Notes under the pieces: generated by a model
Told to the model about the DNA's origin: nothing
Database searches by the model: none
What the model saw: only the letters and a program-made list of their open reading frames with translations
Part shown: piece after piece, positions 14,165 to 26,133 of the stretch
Numbering within the stretch: the first letter of the stretch is position 1
Layout of the letters: the number at the start of each line of letters is the position of its first letter
Assembly: GCF_001194135.2 (NCBI RefSeq)
Contig: NC_068984.1
Location: forward strand, 43,179,728 to 43,243,727
DNA length: 64,000 bases
Reading direction: 5' to 3'
Origin: Octopus bimaculoides
Lineage: Eukaryota
Position numbers and translations under genes: made by a program

Positions 14165-14300
14165 CCATCACTATCACTCACTGCCTGTTTTCTATGCTGG
14201 CATAGGTTGGACAGTTTGACAGGAGTTGACCAGCTGAAGGACTATTCAAGGCTCCCTATCTGTTTCAGCATGGTTTCTACGGCTCCTAACGCCAACCACA
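14165..14300 (-). mobile_element. Family B 3' tail, inverted relative to the 11853 copy
   Basis: Plus strand TGCTGGCATAGGTTGGACAGTTTGACAGGAG is the reverse complement of the family B core. Confidence 0.7.
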
Positions 14301-14312
14301 AATTGGTAAACA

Positions 14313-14655
14313 GGCGTGGCTATGTAGTAAAAAGCTTGCTTCCCAACCACAGTTCCAGGTTCAGTCCCACTGCATGGCACCTTGGGCAAGTGTCATCTAC
14401 TGTAGCCTCAAGCTGACCTAAGCCTTGTAAGTGGATATGGTAGGCAGAAACTGAAAGAAACTCTTGTGTTTGTCCATCACTGCTTGACAGTGTTGGTGTG
14501 CTCATGGGCCCCATAAATTAATTTGGCAAAAGAGATCGATAGATTAAGTACTAGGCTTTGAAAATATGTCCAGAGGTCAATTTCTTCAACTAAAACCATC
14601 CAAAGTGGTGCTCCAGCATAGCCACAATCAAATGACAAATAAGTAAAAGAATAAA
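14313..14655 (+). mobile_element. Family A SINE head joined to a second SINE 3' segment
   Basis: GGCGTGGCTATGTAGTAA (A-box-like), GGTTCAGTCC (B-box-like, 14358-14367), GGCACCTTGGGCAAGTG, GCCTTGTAAGTGGAT. It then continues GATAGATTAAGTACTAGG..GTGGTGCTCCAGCATAGCC..AAGTAAAAGAATAAA, a segment also seen at 33140-33240. Confidence 0.7.
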
Positions 14656-17629
14656 CCCACAACATCAGCAAATCCTTGATTAAACAATGGTTTAAAATAC
14701 TATTTTAAAAACGTTTTTAAAAATCTGTTTCAAACCTGGTTTGCATCACAAAATAATTCTATAACTAGACTACCCATGACCCGTTGGGTCACTGACGGTT
14801 CAGGTTATAAAACATTGAAACCAATTTCAACATTGCATTGAAATAAAAGTTAATTTTATGAGGATTCAGTTAAATATTTCAATTCATTTGTGCGGTTTAT
14901 CATAGGTCTGGTTTATGAGTTCATGTTTAAGGTTTTGATTATTTACAGCATCTAATAGAAATAGAACTTCCAGGATAAACTTGAACTCCAGTAAGAACAT
15001 TTATTTATAGCATATGTGCACACTTAGAAAAATACAGAAGGAATTGTTATATAATGTAAACACAAAATTAATGGAAACACTTTTGACACTATTATATATT
15101 CTTATTATGCACCATTTTGGCTATTTATGAAGGTACGCAAAAAAGCCACGTATCTCAGGAATCCAAGATCCAATTTATGCAAAAATTGTTTTATTCCATT
15201 TGTATTCACATTTCAGGGGTACCTTACTTTCGGAGTATTGTCCCATTATGCACTGGTTTGGCTATATTAAATTACAGACAAGCAAGTACGCAAGCGAACA
15301 ATCAGAGTTTTAGTAGGATATAGGTAATACAATTACTTTGTTAAATTTAAAAAAAACATTACCTAACTTTATTTTTACAAAACAGTCAAGATACTACAGG
15401 AATATGGAAGGCCTTCGCCAAAATTAGTCAGAATTTGTAGGTGTACTAGAAAATTAGCTTGTTTATAAAAGTTAAATTAGCTTATAAAGGCTTGCAGCAT
15501 TAAAAGAAAAGGTAGAATGAAGTCTAATTAAACAAGATACTACCAAATAAACAATCTAGGCAGACAATTAGTCATTCATGGATAATAAAAGCACTGTTTT
15601 AATAGTTTGTAAGTTACAATCCAAACTTAGTCATTGTCAGGGAAGGACTCGAGTAAGAATGAAAGAAAAATGTCCAGCTTTTTACTACAGCCAACTGTGA
15701 AAGTAAACAATTTTCTGGTATAGAAAATGAATTATTGTAAGAATTTGTACACAGAATAAACAAGTTTCTAAAACCATTCTCTAAACATGATATTTTCTCT
15801 AACGCACGCACGCATGCACGGTAGCAGGGTTTCCTTGTAATCTGAATTAGTCAGAAGGTTTTGTTTTGAACTGACAATATAGTAAAGTAAGAGTTTGCAG
15901 AACAGTCACGTAAAAACTGACACAATTGTGCATAAATGTGTATGTAAATGGGTGATACGAGATTTCTGCTGTTAAAGTTTCACCGCCAACCTATACAAAC
16001 AAATATGTAGAGTGAGGGAAATATAAACAAAATGAATGCAAAATTAACAAATAATAACAGCATTGAAAATGCACATGATAATGTGACTTGACAGTCAGCT
16101 ATTGTTCTGGTTTATTCCATTATTGCCATTATTATCTGTGGTCTGAAAAATTATCTTCTGATATTTGAATTTACTAACATCAACAACTTTAATATCAACT
16201 CAGAAATATTTATACTTCACTGCAGTGCCAGACAGAAAAGATTATGTTCCCATGGACAGAAGAAGTAGTTAATATGAAAATATTGGAAGACTACAGCCAT
16301 GAAATATTAAATAAAATTAACTATACTTCTTTGTATTAAATTTTTCTCTTTTTATGCTACGTCAAGCTTACAGAAAACCATTACATTTGAAAGAAAAGTT
16401 AAGTACATCGTTTTTCTCTCTCTTACATATTTTCCAATGGTAGCATGACAGAGGGTAGAATTATCTGGGGAAGGATTTTATAGTCAGATGCTTTCCCCCG
16501 TTGTGAATCAATCTTTAACCGTTTTGTAAGGGATTTTAATCTCAGGGGTCTTTGAAAGTGCACAACAACTAGTCATGTGAATAAGGAATGGCAACATTAT
16601 CACCATATTGTTGAAGCGATGACAAACAGAATATCAACACAATGCACATTTAGCAAAATACATGCATAAACACACTGAGGCTTCTTGCAGTCTCCCTTTA
16701 CCAAATTCATTCACAATACATTGGCTGGCCACCCATGGTTCCACATAGTAACAATGAGACTGACACCACATGGTTGCAAAGCAAACACAGTCAACAGGAG
16801 ATCAAGAAGTGGGGTAGCTAAATTCACAAGTGTGAAAGAAGAGTAACAGATTGGAGATGGAGTAGAATGAATATACTGAATGGAACAGGTGTGGAGGTGT
16901 GGTCAATGATATCAGTGGATGGGTGTGAAAAGAAACGAGAGACTTAAGGAGGAGGTAATAAGTAGCAGTACAAGAAGTGTGGAGAGCAGCTGTATAATTA
17001 AACTGCAGATCTATCAGAAAATAGAGAAATGACATGCATGGTGAATAAGATATACAGTGTCAGAGATGGCTATCAGGGATATGTAAGGATGGCCATGATG
17101 AGTGCAAGACAAAGGTAAGGAGGAAGCCATTGCTGGCTAATGATGAGGTATAGCAATCCTAAGGTGTAGTTCAGAGTTAACCTGGGCAAGACTTGAATTC
17201 AGAACACAAAGCAATATAACCCTTTTACCATGCTAGTGTAGCTTAAATGGGAATTGGTTTTATAACCAAGTACTCTTCCTATCACCAATAGTTTCTTTGG
17301 TTTCCAAGGGACATTTATTTCACAAAACTTCAAAAACACAGAACAACTGATCATAATATAAACGACTCAATTATTTCTGTCAGTGCCAAGTAAAATATCA
17401 AGTTTCATGCACACCTGTCTACCAAATACACTCACAAAGCAACAGTTTGGTCCAAATGCCAGGTAGCAGAACTGAACCCAAAACCCTATGGTTGTGAAGC
17501 AAACTTCTCAACCACACAGTCACAACTGTGCCCATTACTGAGCTCATACATCAACATCAAGTCACCAATTCTAGAGGAAGGACATAATCATTAAAACCAT
17601 GCTCGATTCAGGATATATATAAAAAGACA

Positions 17630-17858
17630 AAGATGGTTCCCGCATCATGTGGACTCATAGGGTCCATTTCCCAGTTTGTGGTGTATATATATTCCCCACC
17701 TGGACAGGACAGTCCTTTGAAGGATTACTCACTTTTACCAGATGAGTGAACTGGAGCAACATGAAGTGTTTTGCTCAAGAACACAACATCACCTGGTCAA
17801 GGAATCAAAGCCACAATCCTATGACTACAAGTCCAACACCCTAGCCGCTAAGCCATGC
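17630..17858 (-). mobile_element. tRNA-derived CORE-type SINE (family D)
   Basis: GAACTGGAGCAACATGAAGTGTTTTGCTCAAGAACACAAC (CORE-like), followed by GGAATCAAA..GTCCAACACCCTAGCCGCTAAGCC (reverse tRNA-like head). A related copy lies at about 35040-35167. Confidence 0.6.
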
Positions 17859-18437
17859 TTAGGGACTTTTTTTTTTCAGTGAGCTGAAAACCAGAGTTAT
17901 CCACTGGCAGAATTCAAACACAGAACATAAAAGCAGCTAAATATTGCAAAGTATTTTGTGCAACATTTTACCATATTTTAGCAATAACCAAATACATCAA
18001 AATATCACACCATTAAATAAAATTTAGAACCACATAAAAGTTTATATAATACTAAACATTCTTCCCAAAGTCAGAAAGCAATAAATTACAATGGCTACAA
18101 ATATATCTGTGTATGAAACAAGAGTTAAATCATTTCATTGAAAAGCATTCTGTTTATGAGGTTTCCTGCAAGATATTATTTCAAGCCAATAATGGTCTTC
18201 TGCCAAATAGACCATAACAGGAGAATTAACTCTACAACATGGGGGGAAAAAAAATGTGCTAGTTGAAACAATGTTAGCATAGACAAACAGTTTAGATATC
18301 GAGCTGCAACATCATGAGAGCAAACTGAACTCTGAGAACCAGTTTTGGTTTTTGTTTTGTTTTCTTTTTTCAATGTCTGTTTCCAATAGGTTTTACAAAA
18401 GTTTGAAATTATCAGCAAAATAACAGGCAGGCAACTT

Positions 18438-18471
<34 letters not shown>

Positions 18472-18492
18472 TCTGTGTGTGTGTGTGTGTGT
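18438..18492. repeat. (TA)n(TG)n compound microsatellite
   Basis: Read directly. Confidence 0.9.
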
Positions 18493-18928
18493 ATTTTTAG
18501 ATCTCAACCAAATATTTGGTAAAAATATTGTACGTAGCAAAATTCTCATACGAAAGGTTGTTAATCATACAATTTTGTGTGCATATCAATTTAAATAAGA
18601 GCTATAACGTGATCCATCATAAAAGCTTGTTTAATGACCTATGTACATTTCGATGCAATATCCTGACTCACTCTTGTCTGATAAAAAATGGAATATTATA
18701 TCTCTTCAGGGTCAGATTTGATTAATTCATAGCAGACAGTAAATAACAGACAGCATTAATAGTTGTCCTTAAATTACATGTGTATAAACAGGTTGTAATG
18801 ACATGAAACATTGACACTGCATACAATATCGGTTAAGAAAACCGTTATATAGTAAAGTAAGTAGTGTTGTTAACTTAGGATATTAACCTAGGATCAAAAT
18901 GTACATAGGTCATTAAACAAGGTTAAAT

Positions 18929-18930
<2 letters not shown>

Positions 18931-18962
<32 letters not shown>
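18931..18962. repeat. (AT)16 microsatellite
   Basis: Read directly. Other (AT)n runs lie at about 25915, 26577, 33734, 34220, 43904 and 44286. Confidence 0.95.
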
Positions 18963-18965
<3 letters not shown>

Positions 18966-19134
18966 GTAGGTGAGTAAGAGAAGAAAGGTTCAGGGGCAGA
19001 GAAAAAAGGAGAGCAAGAGATAAAACAATCTTACAAGTTATGAGATTTTGAAAGTATTTTTTAACAATGTTAGGCTGAAATGATCTAGATATATTTCTTA
19101 GCCTGAAACTCATGCACTATAGCACTTTTTCCTT

Positions 19135-19300
19135 TTAAGCTTTTAGCATTTAAACCAAGTAAACCCAGCCTAAATTCGCACCTCCCTACAATGTCATTCT
19201 AAAAATAATATGGAAATCTTGAAGCTACAAAATAGTGCAGGATAAATTTAAAACAATGTGAAATGTGCATTACATTTCACAGACTTATCTGAAAGGTTAA
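19135..19300 (-). mobile_element. piggyBac-type MITE, decayed copy
   Basis: TTAA-GCTTTTAGCATTT ... GAAAGG-TTAA. The internal CAATGTCATTCT and GAAGCTACAAAATA motifs match the family. A further partial copy lies at about 12400-12498. Confidence 0.5.
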
Positions 19301-19329
19301 ATAATGGATCACTGTAAACTTAAGATACA

Positions 19330-19690
19330 ATTTTCATGGAAGTGTATATCATTTTATATCTGGCGTGAGTTGGAAAGCTTGACAGAAATTGATAAGGCCA
19401 GGGGCCACATCAGGTTCCATAGTCTGTTTTGACTTGATTTCTATGGCTGGATGCCCTTCTTAATGCTAACAACTTTACAGTTTGTGCTGGGTGTTTTTTA
19501 TGTGGTAACAGTGTTTTTTCTTTTAAGTGGCACCAGCACTTTTTACATAGCACCTTGAGTTTAGGATCTCATTCCTGTTGTGGTGGGTGTGTCTTCTCAA
19601 GCACAGCAATGCACCACACACATCTTTCCATGTATTTGGGCCCGATATCAGTGGTCAATCTTATCAGATATGGTCTAATATCTTTAAGTC
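19330..19690 (-). mobile_element. RTE-type LINE 3' end (coding terminus plus family B tail)
   Basis: On the minus strand, GCATTGCTGTGCTTGAGAAGAC (AVLEKT, a C-terminal RTE-like motif recalled from memory) precedes AAGAAGGGCATCCAGCCATAGAAA and the tail. Confidence 0.5.
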
Positions 19691-20644
19691 AGCACTCTTT
19701 ACCAAATAGAAAAACTGCTAGAAACAGTCACCAGATCTTCAAATTACACCATACTTTGGAAGAGAATGTGACACTAGATAAGGAAAAGATGGCCATAGCA
19801 GAACATAAGCCTGCTCAATCAGGGTTGAGCAGAGGTTAAACAAAAATAGTCACTTATTCCCAACACATCTATGGCAACATAACTTTTTACTCCTGCAAGA
19901 TTGAGTTTCAATTACTTATGCTACTCCTTTGTAGCTACCCTTTTGTGAAATATCTAAATAAGGACTATATTGAAATTTACTTCATATAGGTTTCATCTGA
20001 TCTCAAATTTAGTTGGCAACAAAATGTTTCTTTAACTTCTCAATCTGAGATTTAGTTATTATACTTCCATTAACTTCCTATAACCCAAAATAAATATCTC
20101 AATAGCAGAATTCTCCTAGAACCCAAATCTGTCCTAATCACCTCATAGCTGCTCTAAAGCATTTTAAGTTTTGGTTCCTAGTCAATCTGCCAAGAAGCTC
20201 TGATTACACTAAGTTCCTGAAGATAAAGATTACTTCCTGATGCTTCTGAGGTTCATGCTATCAACTACCAATGTATTAGTTATATTCTCATACAAATGAA
20301 GCCAACTGGGTTCCAAGCATCTAAAAGTTCTTTGTATACCAATTGCCTGGTTCTCATTGCAGAAGCTCAGACATTCTCAGTGGGATCTAATTTTAAAATA
20401 TTTCTCTAATTACTCCAGTGGCTATAGACAGAGCTGAAGTAACTGTATTACATAATTGATTCTGAGACTTTACTCTTGCTGTAATCGCACACTGTCCCCC
20501 ACAACTCACTGCCATAAACCATTTACATGTCTTATCCGATAAAGAAATTATGTTGCAAGAGATTTCTATAAAAATTTAGAAAAAGATTATGGAAAACTGC
20601 ACTAATAATACACTCACTGTGTTAAGCACTTATTTTAATACCTA

Positions 20645-21005
20645 CTTTTTTCCATGCTTGTAAGGGTCAGAATTCATTGAGGCAGATTTTCTTTGGCCAG
20701 ATGCCCTTCATGTTGCCAACCCTCACTGGTTTCCAAGCAAGGTAATATTTTTCCATGACTGGACAGGTTTTCACAAAGTTGGAAATGAATGATTTGCCTA
20801 TATGATGGTGTCACTCATTTACAGCTATTATGTGATGTCAGTATAAGGAAGCATGCACATGTGCACACACAAAAAGGGTTTTTTACAGTTTACCAAATCC
20901 AGTAATAAGGCTCTGGTCAACCTAAGGATATAGGGGAGAACACAGTGGGACTAAACCCAAAACAAAATTGTTGGAAAGCTAACACCTTAACCTCACAGCC
21001 ATAAA
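20645..21005 (-). mobile_element. Family A SINE copy
   Basis: Contains GATGCCCTTCATGTTGCCAACCCTCACTGGTTTCCAAGCAAGGTAATATTT..CAAATCC..AAGGCTCTGGTC..CAGTGGGACTAAACCC. Confidence 0.65.
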
Positions 21006-22387
21006 CTATTCTAAAACCAAATCATGCAAGCTGACAAATACACAAAATGGTTCAATCTTAAAAAGCTGCTCGAAAATGTTTATCTGCTAGGTAAATAAAA
21101 CAGTTAATGAGCTGATGAACTCATTTTCATCATATTCATGATGAGCATACATTATAGAACAGAGACAATTTGATGGCATATTTAACCAGCCAAAAAACTG
21201 GTACCATACTCTGGTCAATACACCTAATGGTTAAGACCATCAAGTTATAAGTGTGCATCACAAGATGGTGGAATACACTGCTGTTAGCAATAAAGTTGAC
21301 AAATGATATACTTGGCTGCAAGACTAGCATCCTATTTAGGATTTGCCTCATCTACTTAACCCTCTGGAAAGTGGAGATAAGTACCAACCTTGTGAAGCCT
21401 AGGGAGTTTAAGAAAGGAAATAATTTCTTATATTAGTATGGCAATACATTACTAGTATTTATTTTAAGCCCAGTGAGATTAAGGGCAAAGTTAATTACAG
21501 CAGGATTTCAACTGCAAAAAGGCAAAACTGAATATCACATTGCAGACAACCTATTGCTTTACCATTCCATCCAAGCAATAATAAAACTGCAGCAACAGCT
21601 TATGATTAATCAGTTTGAGGTTTAGTGGTTATGATGTTAATTCAAGTGCTTAGCTACTGTCATTAGTTACATCCTGCTACATCTAATTCCTTCAAATTGA
21701 TCATGCTCCCTACTAAACAGTTATTTGTAGTAAAAGGTATATTTCAAGTAATAAATTATTCTGAATATATATACAGATGTCCTCTTTTCAAAACCTATCC
21801 CATTCTAAGCAGAATGTAAAACAATGAAAATATGTCAAGAATTCATTCATTTCATAGCGTAACCTCATTATAGAAAGTCACTATGGATATAATATAAACC
21901 ATGTGAACTAGTCTGTTGCAATTCTGTTTTTTTAATATCCAATTTTCAGTGTTTAAGATCTTTTACAATCATACAGAATATTTTTGTATTTATTTGTATA
22001 ATTGGTTTAAACCAAGATTTCATTAATGCCTACTCTAGCTACACTAAATCTACATCTAATATTATTGGCTGGCTCCCCCTCATATATTATATATCCCTAA
22101 CATACACAGATGCCATTAGCTGTGCTACTATCATTATCTCTGTACCTCGTGGAAATACTGGCACTTGGTTTAGTTAATTAAATAGCAAATAGAAATGTAA
22201 GTTTCATTGTTCATATATTAACTGTATATAGTTATATAATTGTGCGTTTTATTATTCATTAAATGATAAATCTGAGTATTATTTTATTGAAATTTTTTAA
22301 ATACAGTTTTTCACAAGTAACTACCTACAAAGCTGAACATTTATCATCCAGATTTTTTTTAATGAAACTGGTGATATATATGCATAC

Positions 22388-23160
22388 ACCATCATTTAAC
22401 ACCTGCTTCCCATGCAGGCATGGGTAAGACAGTTTGAGAGGGAACAGCAAGCTGAAGGACTGCATCAAGCTCCAATGTTACCTCTGGCATGGTTTCTATG
22501 GTTGGATGCCCTTCCCCATGCCCACCACTTTACAGAGCACACTGGGTGCTTTTTCCATGCTGCCAGCACCAATGAGGTGGCCATGTAACTTACAAGACAA
22601 AAGGACAGAGAAAAAGGAAGTTTCTACTACTAAGCATTTGGGAGGGGAAGATGGAGGTGGGTAGCTATATGCCAGGTGCTGAAAGACTAAAGTAATGATA
22701 GGACAAGCGCATGTCTTAGATGATTGGCTTAAGGAGATAAGAAGGTAGTGATGGTGTGCTGGAGCAAACTCTCAAAGAACAAGATGCACGAAAGAAGGGA
22801 CATGGACAGTGAATCATGGGAGCAGATGAGACAATGGATGCTTTCATAATGTGAGGAGGGAGTGATGAAGAGTTGGGGTGAAGATGATGGAAAATAGCAA
22901 TATGTAGAGGGGTAAGGTGGAAGATATAGGAGTAGCTCAGGGAAAATAGAACGGAGAGTAAGTAGTATGATGAGCAAGGTGTAGGAGTTGTGGAGAGGGG
23001 GATATATGAATACAATGGGCTATAGTAAGTGACCATGTTGGTGGATATGAGAGGTATTTGGATTGGTATATAGCAGTGGGGAGAAAAAGCAGTGGCTGAA
23101 GAAACAGAAAGGAGGTGATTGAATTGAAATAGTGTGGGCAAGGATGATGAGGAATGGACA
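22388..23160 (-). mobile_element. Family B element with a long CT-rich upstream body
   Basis: CATCATTTAAC..GGATGCCCTTCC..CCACTTTACAGAG..CTGGGTGCTTTT (tail, minus strand) continues directly into a 500-bp GA-rich tract. This tract produces the low-complexity ORFs 22716-23165 and 22729-22977. Confidence 0.5.
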
Positions 23161-24971
23161 AACATGCAAATTGTTTTCTCTTAATGTCAGAATCTAATTT
23201 TTTTATAATTATAAGATTAAATAAAAACATTAAGTGGCTTACTACTAAAAAGATTTTTCCAAATAAATTCAAATCAAACACCGAGACCCAACATTTAAAA
23301 AAAGTGATAAATTTAAACTATAACCGAATTCTAAAAACTATTTTAACCTTAAGAGCAGATCACTGACAAGTCTCAAAATTTCAATTGCTCGAAAATTACT
23401 GGATAATAACTGGTTCATCTCTCTAAGCTTGCCCATTTCACTCAATAGGATTTAAAGCTAAACTAATGTGTGTATGTGTAATAGCAGAAATTCAGATTAT
23501 TTATCAAGTGAGGTCACTTCAAAATTCTTAAGAAATTTACTCCCCACTCTGTATGAATATTTCCATTAACAAAAAAGCTTTTTTCCTTTTTTTTTTTACT
23601 ATTCATCTCGTCAGTAAACTAGCTTTTCAAGTTTGAAACTTCTTAGAAAAACAGTGGAAAATATAAACCAGATAACACCCTTTACTGTAAACAATTTTTC
23701 TGTTCAGGTTTTATATTTTTTGACATTTTTTTCTCCCTAAAATTCTTTCCACATAAAATAGATGAAATGCAAAATGAAGCACATTAAATAGAATTGATTC
23801 AAGATAGAAAAGAAAAAAAATTATTAAGGTTATAAAGTTAAACAAATGGAATGTTAAATAATGATCAACGTAAGAAATATTTCAATACAAGCAACAAAAT
23901 CTTCAAATATTACATCCCATCAACCCAAAATGTATTTGAATGCAAGTATTTCAATATGGATGGTGCTTAATATCTTTTAATGAAAATATTTGCCTGAGCA
24001 AAGGAATGGGTGTATAGTTAAAAAGCTTGCTTCATAATCATCAAGAATGCTTCCTTTATGCAAATCAGAATACTTGGTTTAGCAAAAGTAAATGTGTGCG
24101 AGAGAGAGAGCATCACTGTCGGTAGTTTAAAATAATCTCTAAAATGAAACCAGTCAAGCTGGTTCTTTTTGTCTTGTTCTGTGTATTTGATTAAGTTTAT
24201 AATTGGAAGAAATCATAGGTTTATTCTATAGTACATTATAGCAACAAAAATTAACACTTAAAGCCATGGCAACAGTACCAGCAGCAACTTGAAAGCCATT
24301 ACTCAGTATAAATTTACCTTCTAAATAGTTTTGCTTCCATAATGCAATAACCAAACAATAAAATTGAAGCCACAGAAAACTGCCCCAAAAGTAGTTTCAT
24401 CCAACCAGAGCAAGCATGGAAATGTTAAAATTGATATTCCAATGATCTACAGATGTTCCAGTGAAAAATTCAGGAAAGAATATTGCACAGGTCAAATGAA
24501 ATCAAAGAATAGGCATTTTTCTGTTAATTTCCAAGTTTGCCATTCAGTTGGTGTTGTGAACAGTTAAACATTGGTTTAAATGTGGTTGTTTTAACAGGAT
24601 AACTTTCATCATGACTATGTATCTCCAGCTAGTCATATACAAGCGAGGGGGCTTTTTTCAAAAAAGGTAATCTATGAGTCAAGCCTTTTATCATATTAGA
24701 ATTGATAAAATATTAAAAATAACACCAATTTTCCAATTTATAAGGAATATTTATATCAGTTAAGTGACTTAGTTATTTGGAGAATTAGACAGCTGACTCA
24801 TCACCAAAGAGGAAATCCTGCTAAAATATACCAGCTGTTTCTTGTTTTAAAAAAATATTAAGTTTGGTTGATCACAAACAGGACTTGTATATATTTGGAA
24901 AAATGGCAAAACACTTCTATACTCAAAGACTACATACTCATAACATTTATTTTACAGATAACTCATATATT

Positions 24972-25471
24972 TACCGTATTTTCCAGTGTATAAGCCATTA
25001 ATTTTTACCTGGGAAATTTAGTGCGCGGTTTATAAAAAGGTGCATCTGTGTGTATTTTTTATAAGTTTCAGGAGGAAAATAATTTGTGTATGGAGATCGA
25101 CTGATTCCACTGATTTTTTTTCAGAGGAAAGGTCAGTCAATGAACAATGTGAAAGACTACTGCTACAGTATTTTTGGTCAGTTGTATTGAATCTTGTTTG
25201 TACCATGCACAGACCATGGATTCATTTATGCTGTACTGTCTTGTTGTGGCTCTGTTACCATTTTCTTTTGTGTGGTTGATACATCTTAACTTGAAGGCAG
25301 CTGCATAACTTTCTTGGAGGCATTTTGAAACTACATACACGTCAACAAAAAAGTTAGCTGTGGACCCATAACTCTATAGGTCTTTTAAACACTGGTGCAC
25401 CTTATGTGTGGATCAAACCAAAATTTTCACCTAAATTCGGCCCTGCAGCTTAAATATTCGAAAATACAGTA
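24972..25471 (-). mobile_element. pogo-family (POGK/Passer-like) deleted DNA transposon with a Brinker-type DBD remnant
   Basis: TA-flanked imperfect TIRs: TA-CCGTATTTTCCAGTGTATAAGC on the left and GCTTAAATATTCGAAAATACAG-TA on the right. Internal minus-strand ORF 25137-25340 contains SYAAAFKLRCINHTKENGNRATTRQYSINESMVCAWYKQ, resembling the BrkDBD consensus SY.A.FKL.V..AE..GNRAAAR.F.V.E..VR.W.KQ. Confidence 0.8.
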
Positions 25472-26016
25472 CTTATATAACCTTAAATTCGTATAATCAG
25501 GTAAGTTTTTAATACAAGTACAGACATGGCTGTGTGGTTAAGATTACTTCCTAACCATGTGGTTTTGGGTACCATTGATCAGTACCTAGGGCATGTGTTT
25601 TCTACAGCCACCGCCACCAACCAAAGCCTTATGATTGTATTTAGGAGAACAAAACTGAAAGGTATATGTGCATGCATGTGCACGCACATAACACACATGA
25701 AATGGTTGTCGTAAATGAGCATCAATATCATACAAGTGATGTTTTGTTCCCAGTCTTACATGAAAAAAATTGTATATCTATGGTGGGAAAGCATTACCTT
25801 ATTTGGAAACAGATGTGGATTGGCAACCAGAAGGGCATTCAGCCACAGAAAATCTTCATACGAACCATGCAAGAATGGATAACTGGCTGTTAAATGATTG
25901 TGTGTATGTGCGTATGTATATATATATATATATATATATTACACACATACACACACTTGGAAAAGTATGTGTGGCGTTCGATCATATAATATAAATTATA
26001 AATATATGCGTATATA

Positions 26017-26133
26017 CATATATGTACATACCTATATATATATATATATGCATATATGTACATACCTACATATATATGCATATATGTACATACCTACATA
26101 TATATATATATATATGCATATATGTACATACCT
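26017..26133 (+). repeat. Compound minisatellite: CATATATGTACATACCT x4 spaced by variable (AT)n
   Basis: The 17-bp core occurs exactly at 26017, 26051, 26079 and 26117 (periods 34, 28 and 38 bp). Confidence 0.9.

Noticed and set aside
22716-23281. Overlapping 82-149 aa ORFs
   Set aside because: Ser/Pro/Leu/His-rich products of a CT-rich repeat body; stop-poor by composition.
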